In this document: piece after piece, positions 22,290-34,941 of the stretch
How positions within the stretch are numbered: the first letter of the stretch is position 1
How the letters are laid out: each line of letters starts with the position of its first letter
From: Torpedo marmorata
Lineage: Eukaryota
Reading direction: 5' to 3'
Assembly (NCBI GenBank): GCA_977017645.1
Contig: OZ360232.1
Coordinates: 101,122,001 to 101,186,000, forward strand
Length of the DNA: 64,000 nt
Translations under genes and position numbers: made by a program
The notes under the pieces: model-generated
Told to the model about the DNA's origin: nothing
Databases searched by the model: none
Seen by the model: the letters and a program-made list of their open reading frames with translations, nothing else

Positions 22290-22995
22290 CCTCCAGACTC
22301 CTGTTGGAGACGGTTAAGGACGCACAGCCATGCGAGGCCTTCTACAACCATGCAGGTGGAGCACAGCCACAGCCCACCTGGTCGAGATCAGACTGCTCAA
22401 CCCGGTCTCGGATAGACTTCCTCCTCATGTCAAAGGCGATCACTATCAGAACCACTGACATCACGCCGGTTTTCTTCTCTGACCACTGCCTCCTTCATGC
22501 CTCCTGTCACCTACAGGAGGACGAGAAGGCAGGCAGGGGAAAGTGGAAGCTGAACGTGATGTTACTGACCACAGAGAACGTAGAGGAACTAAAGAGGGAG
22601 TATGCTGGTTGCAGAACCTTGAAACCCCTCTTTGATTCCCCAGTGAACTGGTGGGAAGCGACCAAGAAGAACATTAAGAGGTTCTTTATCCTCAGAGGTT
22701 TTCAGAGAGCAAGACAAGAGGCAGAGAGAACTGAACCAACTCCAGAATGACCTCCAGCAACTCTTCCTTCTGCAGTCTCGAGGCGTGGATTCAAGCCGCA
22801 CTATTCACCTCGGAGTTCTCCCAAGATTATCTTCTGATCCAGAGTCTGCACAGTGGAGCAGGATGAGATGTGCTCACGCTTCTTCTTCCAAAAGGTTCAC
22901 AGAGGGAACTCTGTGATCCACAGCCTTAAGGAAGAGGACGGCTCAGTCACATCCTCGCAGACGGGCATTCAGAGGCTCAGCAGATTCTTTTCTGT
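22290..22995 (+). mobile_element. Tx1/L1-clade ORF2 fragment (endonuclease end), within old CR1 remnants
   Basis: TW...SRIDFLL...FFSDHCLL...GRGKWKLN...WWE and EQDEMCSRFFF motifs; frameshifted. Confidence 0.75.
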
Positions 22996-24420
22996 CGAAC
23001 TGTACGTGGTCAGCAAGAGAATTTGTAAACTCCAGACATCATGAGAGATCAGGATTGAAACTGGGTCGCAGTAGCTATTATGCTGCAAATCATAGTACAG
23101 TAGAAGTCCAAAAATCCGGATGCCCGAGAATCCGGACTTTTCGAAAACTCTCAAACTTTTAAAATTTAGCGGGCTTTTATGTGCATGCGTAAGTGCCACA
23201 GATGCACAGCGGCAACAAGTGAAAAATTTTATGTTTACATTCTTGTCAAGTGTTGTCTTTATTTTTCTCTTTTTTAAAAAAATATTTTTATTGAGTTTCA
23301 ACAAATAAACATGTATACAGAATAACAAGTTAAGAAAAATTTTTGAAAAATCATCTGGTGTTTATATATGTATTAAAAAAAACCAAATAAGTCATATTAA
23401 CCAAGTTCTAAATTCAAGTTAAAACTCTTATTCCATGTAAATATTCTAAAAAAAAGAATAATCCAAAATAAAATAAAAAGAAAAAAAAACAAGAACAAAA
23501 AAAAAAGGAAGAACCGCTAATGACTATTCTAATCTAACCCCTCCTCTAAACAAGGTTACCTTTATATTGAAAAAAAAGGGAAGAAATATGGATCTTGTAG
23601 TGACCTCCAGGCATCGGACAAAGACTCCTCAGGATAATCAGCTTTATTAATTCTTCCAATCATGATAATATTCTATGAATGGCCCCCATATCTTTAAAAA
23701 TTGAAACTTTCTATCTTTAATATTATATCTAATTTTTTCCAAACTCAAATAAGACATTACATCCTGTAACCACTGTCTATGTGTCAGTGGTGAATCATCT
23801 TTCCATTTCAATAAAATTGCTCGTCTGTTTATCAATGTGGAAAAAGCTAAAACTTTCTCCTGAGATGCGGACAAAGGTATATTTGGTTCACGTGAAAATC
23901 CAAACAGGGCAATTACAGGACATGGTTCTATTTTAATCTTAAAAATCAATGTTAAAGTTTTAAAAATCTCTCCAAATTGGGGCATTCCCAAAACATATGT
24001 ATCAGTGAAGCTTCAAAAATTTTACACCTCTTACACAATGGATCAATATCGGTGTAAAAACATGATAGTTTAAGTTTAGACATGAATTCTATGTACCAAT
24101 TTAAATTGTAATAAACAGTGTCTTGCACAAAATGATGAGGCATTAATTAGATTAAGAGTATGATACCAGTCTTCATCTGAAAATGTAACATTCAAATCAC
24201 ATTCCCATTCATTCTTGATCCCCCATCATAAGTCTCTTTCACATTGGCTAACCAGTAGATTGGCCGTTCAGTGTCCCGGTTAAAGAAGCCGTTTTTGCTG
24301 TTCACACTGAGCCACTGTTAACCGGGACACTGCAACCTTTCACATTCACCACAAGGCATCCCCGGGGATAGGAGAGTCTACCTTCTACCGGAAAAAAGTG
24401 ACATCATCTCCTTCTCTACA

Positions 24421-26170
24421 ATGGCGAACATCAGAACTGTCGCTTTGGACGTCCTGAAAATGTGTGAGTCTATCACCAAACAGTCAGGTCTTATCAGCAT
24501 TCTTATTTGCAAGTTGGTTCAAACAATAATGGAGCCTAGTCGAGACCGTTTCGGTGCTCTTAGGTGGAATAATTTTATTGATATATTACGGATAACCACG
24601 GAGGGATTTGCGGAGAAGAGTAGGACTGAGCTGAGAAGCCGCCGGAGAAAACGCCTGGTTATATTGCAGTATGTTGAACGGTACCAGAATAAAAGAAGAA
24701 TGTGGAAGAGGGAGAGACCTCTCGGAGCCGTGTTCTGGACTGAAGTCCTGGATAAATACGATGATGAACAGTGGCGTTGGAATCTTAAAATGTCTCGTAG
24801 TACTTTTGATTTAATTGCGGGGATGCTCGAGCCACAACTGAGGCGCAAGATCACCAACTGCCGAAAGCCTCTGGAGCATCGGATCAGACTTGCAATAGCT
24901 TTGTGGTGGTATGCCACTCCTTGTGAGTATCGTTCCATCAGTGCTCTGTTTGGTGTGGGTATCTCCACTGTATGCACGGTTGTGAGGCAAGTGACAGTCA
25001 TGGTGAATAAGACCCTCATGAAACGTTTCATTGAGCTGCCGAGTGGAGATCGCCTTCAGGAGACAATGGATGCATTTGCAAAAAGGGGTGGTTATCCAAC
25101 GTGTGCTGGTGCCATCGATGGCACACATATTCCCATCATTACCCCACATGATGACGCAGCAGCCTACTACAATCGAAAGGGGTGGCACTCCATTATTCTG
25201 CAAGCTGTTGTTGACCACAACTGCTGGTAAGGATGATGCTTGCATTACTATTAGTTGTCCTCACTTATTATTGTTGACCTTATGTCACACCATGCATTGT
25301 CCTTTTGTGTTTCCAGCTTCACAGATGTGTATGTGGGTTGGCCTGGTCGCACCCATGATGCTCGAGTTTTTCTCAACTCTCCCATTTACAGAAAGGCTGA
25401 GGACGCAGGCGGTTATCTATTCCCCCGTGACGTAAGTGAATATGACACAATCTACGATGAGGCTTGAAACATGTACACGGAATCATCTGAAGCATGATAG
25501 AAAGGCCACAAGTAAATTTTTTGGTGCAAATCAGTATGTAGACATCTGCATATATATATTTATAAGTTATTAAGTGTTATGTTTGTGCATATGTATCTAT
25601 GTACAGGCATAAGGTTAGGGCGACTGGTGGTCAAGTCAGACCCTTGCTTAGTACCACGGCGCATGATGTATTGACTGTTTGTGATCCCTTGTTCTATGAT
25701 AAACCTATACCTTCTCATTGCTTTGCCCACAGATATCGAAAATTGTCGATGGAGTGGAAATCCCTGCACATTTGATCGGGGACCCAGCCTACCCACTCAA
25801 AAATTGGCTGATGAAGGGGTTCACTCAACACCATATTATCAATCAACGTAAGCGCAAATTCAACTATGAGCTGAGCTCCGCAAGAATGGTTGTGGAAAAT
25901 GCGTTTGGACGTCTCAAAGGTCGCTGGAGGTGCTTGGCCAAAAGACTGGATATTAGTACTGCTTTTGCACCTGAGGTTGTCGTTGCCTGTTGTATCTTGC
26001 ACAACATATGTGAGGTTAACAATGATCACTTCCTGGAAGAGTGGATGACCGAAGATTCAGATCTCCCTCTGCCAGATAGGGTCCCTTACAAGGGTCCTAC
26101 AGGCCGGGGTCACCAGGCTATACGTGAGGCTATAATGTCCGTTCTGAGTGGACGTGATGTAGACAACTGA
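24421..26170 (+). CDS. Harbinger DDE transposase (HARBI1-like), 3 exons: 24421-25226, 25317-25431, 25733-26170 (~452 aa)
   Basis: GT-AG introns restore an uninterrupted frame; motifs GAIDGTH, YNRKGWHS..LQAVVD, GWPGRTHDARV, GDPAYP, VVENAFGRLKGRW; AATAAA at 26190. Confidence 0.9.
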
Positions 26171-26775
26171 GGCATCTCACTTAAATTTCAATAAAAGTTT
26201 ATTGTGCATCTTAGAAAGTAGTGCAACCGTTACCTATTAAAGTTTTGGACTAAAGTTTTTCATTTAACATTGGAAAGTCATGTATAACAATAAGTAAGAT
26301 TTGACATAAGATGTCATTGAAAGTATTTGGCACATCGTAGAAAGCAGTGCATCCTTATGGTCTTAACGTTTTGGAACGACCATTTCACAGTTACATATAA
26401 CTTTATTTATACTTTGACACATAAGATGAGGCATCTCACTAAAGTGTCACTGAAAGTTTTCAGCACATCGGCAGCAGTAGTGCATCTTTAATTTCTTGAA
26501 CTTTTGAAATGAGCATTTAACAGTCATGAACACAAAGTAGTGGATCTTTAAATTCCTAAAGTTTGGAATGAACATTTAAAGGTCGTGAACACGAACTTGG
26601 GTTTCTTTAAATTCTTAATGTTTGGAGCGAACATTTGAAAATCATGAATAAGAATATATGACCTTTTAAACTGTTAACCAATAATTAAAACTATATATAA
26701 ATGTAAACATTCTAACTTTTGAAATAAACCTCTGATTATCTGGCAAAATATGTGCAATGTTTTGACCTGCCATTC

Positions 26776-28210
26776 TCAGACCTCCTCCTTTTCCTCCAAT
26801 AACTGGACGTAAGAGGAGGTGTAAGGGGAAGTGAGGGAGCCATCTGCGGAACACTCGTCACTACCCTGAAACGAGTGTACCAATCTAGAGGGGGTTATGG
26901 CGGTAGGCATGTTGGTGTGGTTGGGCATAGGGGCCAGAAGATGGCGGCGGGAGGAGGAAGGATGCTGGAAAGGGGATGGCTGTGGTAGGTGGTAGGAAGG
27001 AGGAGAATGGAATGGGGACGACTGATGGTGGAGGGAGGAGGAAGGGCAATGGAAGGAGGCATGTGGCTGCAGGGAGGAGGAAGGTGGTTGGAGGGTGGAG
27101 GCAGGAGGCTGATCAATGGAGGAAGGAGACTGCATGGTGGAGGGCCAAGGCTGAGCGCGTGCAATCACATCAATTGATGAGGCGAGGTCCCTCATCACGC
27201 CCGTCTGGGCCTGCATCTCCTGTCGTATCTCAGTGATTAGCCTTTCAAATCTAAATGTATTTGCCTGGCGCTCCTGCCTATCAGCATCACGTTCTTGTCT
27301 CTCCGTCTGCCGGTGCACTTGCATCAGCGCCTCCACCATCTCCGCCTGCCTCTCGTGATGCTGGCGGTCTCGATCCTGGTCCTTCTGGTCGATCTCATGC
27401 AGCAACACGCGGATCTCTGATGTCACCTCCTGTTTTTTCCATAGGCTTCCTCCGCTTGTTCCTCCCTTTGGTTCCTGGATAGCAGTGCAACACATGGGAG
27501 ATTTAACGATGGCGCATCATGGGCATGAATTCATAAACAAAGTAGAGAAATTGAACAGATGAGATACAGTTCTTACCAGTCTCTGGTGCAGCAGCAGAAG
27601 AGGTGCTGGGGCCACTTCCTCTTTTCTGGGTATTTGAGGTATGCTGGGCGGCTGAGGTACTGGTAGTGGATGAGGTAGTGGGAGTGGTTGGGGTAGAGGG
27701 GGGGGATACGGCACATGGGGCAGATGAGGGACCAGGGATGGATGAGGGGTCTGGGGCAGATGAGGTACAGGGGGCGTCCGTTTCCTCTACCTCCTCCTCC
27801 TCCTCCTCCTCCTCCTCCTCCTCCTCCTCCTCTTCCATCGTTTGCAAACTGGTTTCAGGTGATTGTGCAGCAACTCCCTCACTAGGCTCCAGGTTGGCTA
27901 TCAGGAAGAGGGGGTCAGCAGACTTGCTGGTGCCCCAAATATTATAGGCCTGGTTAAAGTATGGCCAATCCAAACGCTCCCTCCCACTCCTCCCATTGTG
28001 ATCCAAGACCTGATGGAACTTCCTCCGAAGCGTCTTCAGCTTATTTATAACTTGGGACGTCCCTGGAAAACCCCTTCCCCTGAGCTTGGATGCTATCCGC
28101 TCATAAAATGGGCCATCTTTAATGGTTCCCGTTAATTCATAGCCTTCAGCTTCCTCCAACCTCAGTGAGAGGAGCTCCTGCACCTCCCTATCCCCCCAGT
28201 TGCCAACCAT
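26776..28210 (-). CDS. Harbinger Myb/SANT-like (trihelix) DNA-binding protein, 2 exons (28210-27577, 27474-26776), with probable 1-nt frameshift in an A6 run at ~27433-27438
   Basis: W...EVQELL..R...YERIASKL...QVINKLKTLRRKF...WPYF trihelix pattern, poly-E, G|GTAAGA donor and CCAG acceptor, basic RNKRRK, then coiled coil and P/S/H-rich tail. Confidence 0.8.
27790..27832. repeat. (CCT)n microsatellite encoding poly-Glu
   Basis: About 14 CCT units inside the Myb-like gene. Confidence 0.95.
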
Positions 28211-29152
28211 AATTTACAGTTAAATTTTAAAATTAACTTTTTTAACTACACAACAAATTGAGGAGAGGTTGACACTCCCTGTAACTTACCTGAGGACTCC
28301 TGCAGACTGCTTCACCATGCGGTTGAACGCACTCATGCAAAAATGTCATCAACGCGTCACTATTTGGTCCCAGGATACCAATTGTCCCTTTCACACTGGG
28401 CTAATCGGCACACAGGCATCAGATGATGCCGGGGATGAGAGTAGGGGTCGAGGCCGTCCATCCCCAGTGTGATTTGATGCCGGCGTGCCGATTAAATTGC
28501 TTTCACACTGGACTCTTAAACAGTAAATCGGCCGTCAATTACTAGGACAAGGTGCCAGTGTGAAAGGGGCTATAGAAGCTACTCTGATTTCCAATAAATC
28601 ATTATGTATACATGATGTTAATCCACGTTGGAAAAAGAACCGTAAATTAAAAAGTGAATCGAGAAAATTAGTACTTGGAATTCGAGGAAAATCTGAAAGC
28701 TTGGACTGAACAAAATGTCTAATTTGTAAATATCTAAAAAAATGTCTATTAGTAAGATTAAATTTATTTACCAATTGTTCAAAAGAGGCGAAGCTATCTC
28801 GAATAAAAAGATCATTATAACTATGAATTCCCAATCTATACCATTCCCTAAATCCTACATGCATCACAGACGGCTGAAAAAGGTGATTATCTATAATAGG
28901 ACTAGCCAGAGGAAAACTATTGAATCCAAAAATTTTCTGAACTGTGCCCATATTCTCAACCTATATCTCAATAACGGGTTATGAGTTCATTTAGAAAATG
29001 AAAATGGTAAAAAGGATCCTAAAATTGCCAACATAGAAGTTTTTTTTGAAAACTTCAATTCCATTTCCACCCAATAGGGGCAATTCTCTAGCTTATCAAA
29101 ATACAATAACAAAAGCAAATTATGAATATTAATCACCCAGTAATAAAATCTA

Positions 29153-29490
29153 AAGTAAAAACACAAATGCTGGAGAAGCTCAGCAGGTCAAACAGTGTAT
29201 TTTATGTAGCAAAGGTAGAAATACATAACTGACGTTTCAGGCTTGAGCCCTTCATCAAAGTATGAGAAAATGCTGGCAAGCATCCAAACAAAAGAGTGGG
29301 GGGGGGGGAAGGGGGGTGGCAAAGGCAGGAGATGATAGGTGGAGAAAGGAGGGAGGGGACAGCAGCAATGAGGGGGAGGAGGGATGGCTGGGTGGGTGGA
29401 AGGATAGGGACGGGGGGAAGGGAAGGAAAAGGTGAGCAGGTTTAGTGGAAAGCAGAAAAGTCAATGTTAATGCCATCTGGCTGGAGAGAG
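29153..29490 (-). mobile_element. Short Penelope-like 3' fragment (pLTR with decayed hammerhead motif)
   Basis: Reverse complement of ~13230-13570. Confidence 0.88.
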
Positions 29491-32275
29491 CCCTTCCACT
29501 CATTAAATTAATTACCCAATACCACACTCAGGTGAGGTACAAGCTGTTTAGAGAAAGATTTATAGAATTCTACAGGAAATCCGTCTGGCCCTGGAGATTT
29601 ACCAGACTGTAATGAGGAAATAGCTACAGCTATATCCTCCTGAGAAATAGGTTTCACAAGCTTGCACATTCATCCCGAGAAAATACCAGAAGATCCAATC
29701 GATCCAAAAATTTCGACATTAAGTCATGATTATTACCAAATTCTGATTTATAAAGGTTAGAGTAAAATTCCTTAAAGGACTCATTTATTTTATATAATCT
29801 GTTGTAATTTTTCCATCTTTCATCCTAATTTTATTTATTTGTTTTTTAGCAGAAATTACTTTTAATTGTCCAGCTAGTAACTTACTAGTTTTTTCTCCAT
29901 GAATATAAAAGAGATTTCTACTTCTTAACAATTGTTGTTCAATTGGATAGGTAGAAAGAAGATCAAATTTTGCTTTGAGCTCTACTCTTCTCTTATATAA
30001 ATCTGGATTTTTATTTTGAGCAAATTGAATAGTTTTCTTTAAAACTGTTCGTTTTGCAATGCGCCGGTTGTAGCTGATTTTATCTTTTTTGATTCAAAGG
30101 AAGCATTTCATTTGCAATTCTAAACAGGAGTTGCTGCTTTACATAACAGGTCACTGAAGGTGACAGTTATTTTTGTATTTTTTTCCTGAAGCGTTGTACT
30201 ATTTTTTTAATAGCTATCATTCACTTTATTGCCCTGTGGTAATCAATAAAGAAATGAAGTTGCATTCAGCAATATGGTTTGGCACAGTAGTAGTTCACAG
30301 TTAGTTAATCACTGAAGAATTGTCTTTTGCATACTCAGCAACATCTATGGATTTTGTGTGAACTATGTAGCCAGCAGAATAGCAGACTGAGGTATTTCAA
30401 CTCTGTACCCCAGTCCGACTGACCTGGACAAGCAACAGCCGAAACAATTATTTTGTTAGATCATTTTAAAATATAATTGAGCACTAGCGAACAGTGTAAA
30501 TGCCCCACCAAATTGGTCTCTGCATACCTCGACTCTGTTCTGTCCCCCCTGGTCCAGTCCCTCCCCACCTACATCTGGGACACTTCACACGCCCTCCATC
30601 ACTTCAACAACTTCCAGTTCCCTGAACTTGATCGCCTTATGTTTACCATGGACATCCAATCCCTATACACCTCCATCCCCCATACTGAAGGCCTCAAAGC
30701 CCTTTGTTTCTTTCTGGAAAATAGAACCACCAGTCCCCCTCCACCACCACCCTCCTCCGGCTGGCAAAACCTGTTCTCACCCTCAATAATTTCTCCTTTT
30801 ACTCATCCCACTTTCTCCAAGTCAAAGGGGTAGCCATGGGTACCCGCATGGGCCCCAGCTATGCCTGCCATTTTGTTGGTTATGTGGAGCAATCCATGCT
30901 ACAAGCCGACACAGGCAAGGCCCCTCAACTCTTCCTCTGCTGCACCAATGACTACTTTGGTGATATAAAGGCATTTTACAAGAAATTAACCCTTTCCCTC
31001 CTATCTCCCTATCCACTTTATTCCATACTTCTAACAAATGTTTTAAAATAGGAGAATTTTTACCTCCCCTTAATAATAATTTAGAATTCCATTTATAAAT
31101 AACTTCTTCTTTCGAATCCTCTCCTATATTATTTAATTCTATTCTAATCCAAGCAGAAGATTTTTCTGAATCAAACATTTCATTAATGAATTTTAATTGA
31201 GCTGCCTTATAATAATTTTGAAAATTGGGAAGTTGTAAACCTCCCATTTCATAATTCCCAGTTAATTTCTCCATACATACTCTAGCCAACTTTCCCTTCC
31301 ACAAAAATTTCCTAATAATTAAATTTAAATCTTGGAAGAATTTTTGAGGAATTTCATAAGGAATTGATTGAAAAAGGTATTGAATTCTTGGAAAAACATT
31401 CATTTTGATACAATTTACCCTTCCTATTAAAGTTATAGGTAGATCTTTCCAACTCTCTAAATCCTTTTTAATATTAGTAAATAATGGTAAGTAATTTAAT
31501 TTATATAAATTACCTAATTTTGTATCTATTTTTATTCCCAAATATTTAATTCCATTATTTGACCATTTAAATCATGTAATTTCTTTACATTTATTATAAT
31601 CTCCTTGTGTCAATGGCATAATTTCACTTTTATCAGAATTAATCTTATAACCAGATATTTCCCCATATTCTCTCAATAAAACAGTCAATTGTGTTAAAGA
31701 ATTAATAGGTTTTGTGATGTAAATCAATACATCATCTGCAAATAAACTAATTTTATGTTCTTCTTTTCCAACTTTGATACCTACAATCTTAATATCTTAT
31801 CTAATTAATTCTGCTAAAGTTTCTATTGCTAAAATAAACAATGCTGGCGACAAAGGGCATCCTTTGTTGACCTAGTCAACAAAATGTTTTAGAAATTTGT
31901 CCATTTGTCACCACCCTGGCAGAGGGTTTGTTATATATAGTTTTAATCCAATTAATAAATGTAGTTCCAAAACCAATTTTTTTTAGCATTTGTTAGAAAT
32001 ATGGAATAAAGCGGATCGGGAGATAGGAGGGAAAGGGTTAATTTCTTGTAAAATGCCTTTATACCAAAATAAACTTATCCCATTTACTATTGATAATCAA
32101 TTGTTTAAAATTTGGTTTCAAAAAGGGATTAAAAAAGTAAATGATTGTTTTGAAGCTAGTAAATTTATTACTTTTCAAAGAATGAAAGAGAAGTTTAATG
32201 TATTAAATAATACACTTTTTGCCTATTATCAAATAAGAACATTTTTAGTTGAAAAGTTAGGTCATAGTTTAATTC

Positions 32276-33043
32276 CAGCCTCCCAGTCGACTGCCGTCGG
32301 TTCCGCACGGGCTTTGAACAGCCCGTTAAAGGAGCCGATGGTGGTTTTATTTAAGATCCCGTGACCACGGGGTCTGTGCCCAAGATGGCAGCGCCTTTTA
32401 ACTGGCAGCAGCCACGAGGGGCTGCAGATTCCGGGGAAGCGGAGGACTGGAGCAGGGCACCAGAGGACGGGAAGATCACCCCCCCATCTGAGAAGGAGAA
32501 GCAGAGGAGACGACCCATGCGATGGTGACCACGGCGGCAGACCGGTGAGGGTCTCTGAGGCTGAAGGACCAGTGCATGCGGTGGGCTGCTGGCGACTCGA
32601 GGCGAGGAACCCGTGGAGGCTGTGTGCTGCTGGAGACTGCTGTCGGTGGATTCACGCCGGGCTGCGGACTGCTGGAGGCTGGCTCGAGCTCTCTGGAGGA
32701 GTACCAGGTATCGGAACCGGGATGCGAGGGGGTGCCGAGGGCGACCTGACCATGTTGGAGGTTCAGATCTGGAGCTCGGGATACTGATGGTTTGGACTGG
32801 ACTCTGTGTGGCTGCGGAGGCTGCGGAAGCGCTGGAGATGAATCTATGGATACTCGATGACTCTGGGGGGACTCTCTTTTGCTTCTCTTTCTCTGACTGT
32901 AAGGAATGTTAGAGGCGCTTAGGCAATTTCTGTCGGTGGCGAATCTGTCTGCCTTGCAGCAGGCAAAAAGAAATTTCATGGAATATGACACTGTCTTATT
33001 ACTATGACAATAAATTGAATGTTGAATGTTGAATCTTGAATCT
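32276..33043 (+). mobile_element. GC-rich non-autonomous retroposon (SINE-like) with (TTGAATC/G)n tail
   Basis: Non-coding; ends AATAAA-TTGAATG-TTGAATG-TTGAATC-TTGAATC; second copy at 48862-49350 (minus); imperfect TSD AATTCCAGC/AATTTTAGC. Confidence 0.7.
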
Positions 33044-33361
33044 GGAATTTTAGCAAGACAAAGTGAATTGGAATTATTAGTTACTAATGGGGGTATAAAT
33101 AAATTTATTTCTCAAATGTATAGATTGTTACAGAAAAAAAATGCCTAAACCAGGAATTCATAAATCAAGATTAAAATGGAAATCAGATTTGAATGTAATA
33201 ATATATGAAGAACATTGGAAAGGGGGGACGTCACGTGATGCCGTAGAGTTAGGATGCAGTAACCCGACCCTCCTGGGATTGTTAAAAAAAGTTTGATTAA
33301 AAAACGTTTTTTAAAAGTTTTAACTTTCTTAAAAAAGTATTTAAGTACTAGGGAGAAAGTA

Positions 33362-34486
33362 ATGATGCCTCAAAAAAAAGATAAAACAGCCAAAGCCTTA
33401 CCTAAAGCTCAACGGAAGGAGAAGATCTTGACTGCAAAAAGGCCTCGACGCCTGGGAGCTGAAGTTCAAACGGAGCCCCAGGAGGAGGCACCGCTGGTGG
33501 GGACATCTGCTGGCACTGCTCATCCTCGACGGCAAGAACATGGCGTCAGGGAGGAAGTCGGGCCGGCACTGCGCATGCGCGAAACTCCGCAGCTCTCAGC
33601 AGACTCTGCGACGTCGGGACAGGAAGACACAAACAGCTCCGATTCGGATGACGAAGGGGGCCAGCTGGAGGCTGAAGAATTACAACAACAACCGCGGGAA
33701 GAATGAATACTATCATTTAAAGGCAAATCACCAGACTATGCAGCTTTGTTAACAATATTGAATGAGTTAAAGGCTGATATGAAAGATGTTAAAGAAGTGA
33801 TAAAAGATATGAGAGGCTTAAAGTTAAAAGTGAATATGATTGAGAATAAAGTTAAGAAAATACAAACTGACATGGAAACTACTGAAGAGAGAATGGAGGG
33901 GGTGGAAAACAATGTTACTGCTTTTGTAATGGAAAATAAGAAGCTTCAACAAAAAGTGGATATACTGGAGAATTTTAGCAGAAAAAATAATATAAAAATA
34001 GTTGGTCTTAAAGAAGAAGAAGAAGGACAAGACATGATTGCTTTTATGAAGACTTGGATACCTGAGGTGCTGGGTGCAGATAAGTTTGACCACGTAATTG
34101 AAATTGAAAGAGCACACAGGGCTCTAAGAGCGAAGCCGTCACAAGACCAGAATCCGCGCTTGATCTTAGTTACATTTCTACGTTATCAAGTCAGAGAGAG
34201 AGTTTTACAACTAGCAATGGAACAAGCAAGAGATAGACGTGGCCCTTTGATATATAAGGAGGCCAGAATTCTTTTTTATCCTGATATAAGCGCTGACTTA
34301 ATGAAGAGAAGGAAGGAATTCAACCCAGCTAAAAAAACTCTTTGGGAGAAGGGCTACAGATTTGTGTTGTGACATCCTGCGACCTTGAAGATCTTCTTAC
34401 CAGATCAACAAAATAAATTTTTTACAAACTATACTTTGGCAGAGGAATTTGCCAATGAACTTCCGCAGGTTTCGGATGAGCGTTAG
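33362..34486 (+). pseudogene. L1 ORF1 (coiled coil + RRM/CTD), frameshift ~33700 and stop at 34370
   Basis: LENFSRKNNIKIVGLKE...IERAHR...PR..LV.FL...FYPDIS. Confidence 0.85.
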
Positions 34487-34941
34487 AAAGAGAATGTTTT
34501 ATAATTGTTGATGGAATGATATATATCAGTTTGTAACTTTGGTAAAACTGATGATTGATTATTTAGTGTTTGCATTTTAAAAAAAAGAATATGTATATAT
34601 AAAAAATGTTATACCAGGGGGGTTGGGGGGAGGAGAATGAGGTCCTGACTTCTACTGTAATCATGTGTACTTTTGCGACTTCGGTCATGGCCTGTAAAAT
34701 AGAGGGGGGTAGCGCTGTATATTTTAAAAGCGCTAGAGGGGATGTAGTCAGATTATTTTTTCATTTTTGTGGAAGGGGGGGATTGTATTCTTTAATTGTA
34801 TATCTTTTCTTTTTTGTCTGTATGGATTGCTGGGGGGGACATATGCTGGCGCAATGGAGATTGAAGAATGAAGTAAAAGGGAGAGAGTTAGGGGTCTGGG
34901 CTGGAAGAGGTAACATTAAAAGGAATGAAATATAATCTAAA

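Larger units (their letters stand above)
24231..28571 (+). mobile_element. PIF/Harbinger DNA transposon, apparently full length
   Basis: TIRs AGTCTCTTTCACATTGGC / GCCAGTGTGAAAGGGGCT, 3-bp TSD ATA, and convergent transposase and Myb/SANT-like genes. Confidence 0.92.
23265..30030 (-). mobile_element. Degenerate 5'-truncated L1 (ORF2 remnants), interrupted by Harbinger and a Penelope fragment
   Basis: Minus ORFs 23647-24143 (CKRC...HMFWEC; LEKIRY..F.KIW.PF) and 28535-28951 (FFRYLQIRHF); SLQSGKSPGPDGFP at ~29580-29620; AATAAA/A-rich tail at ~23270-23295. Ends approximate. Confidence 0.82.

Noticed and set aside
26190-26660. Loosely repeated AT-rich units (GAGGCATCTCACT, CTTTAAATTC, GAACATTT) between the Harbinger genes
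   Set aside because: Degenerate 3' UTR duplications; no consistent period or structure that I can support.
24421-28210. Domesticated host genes HARBI1/NAIF1 or MSANTD
   Set aside because: TIRs, a TSD and insertion inside an L1 indicate a transposon copy, not a host locus.
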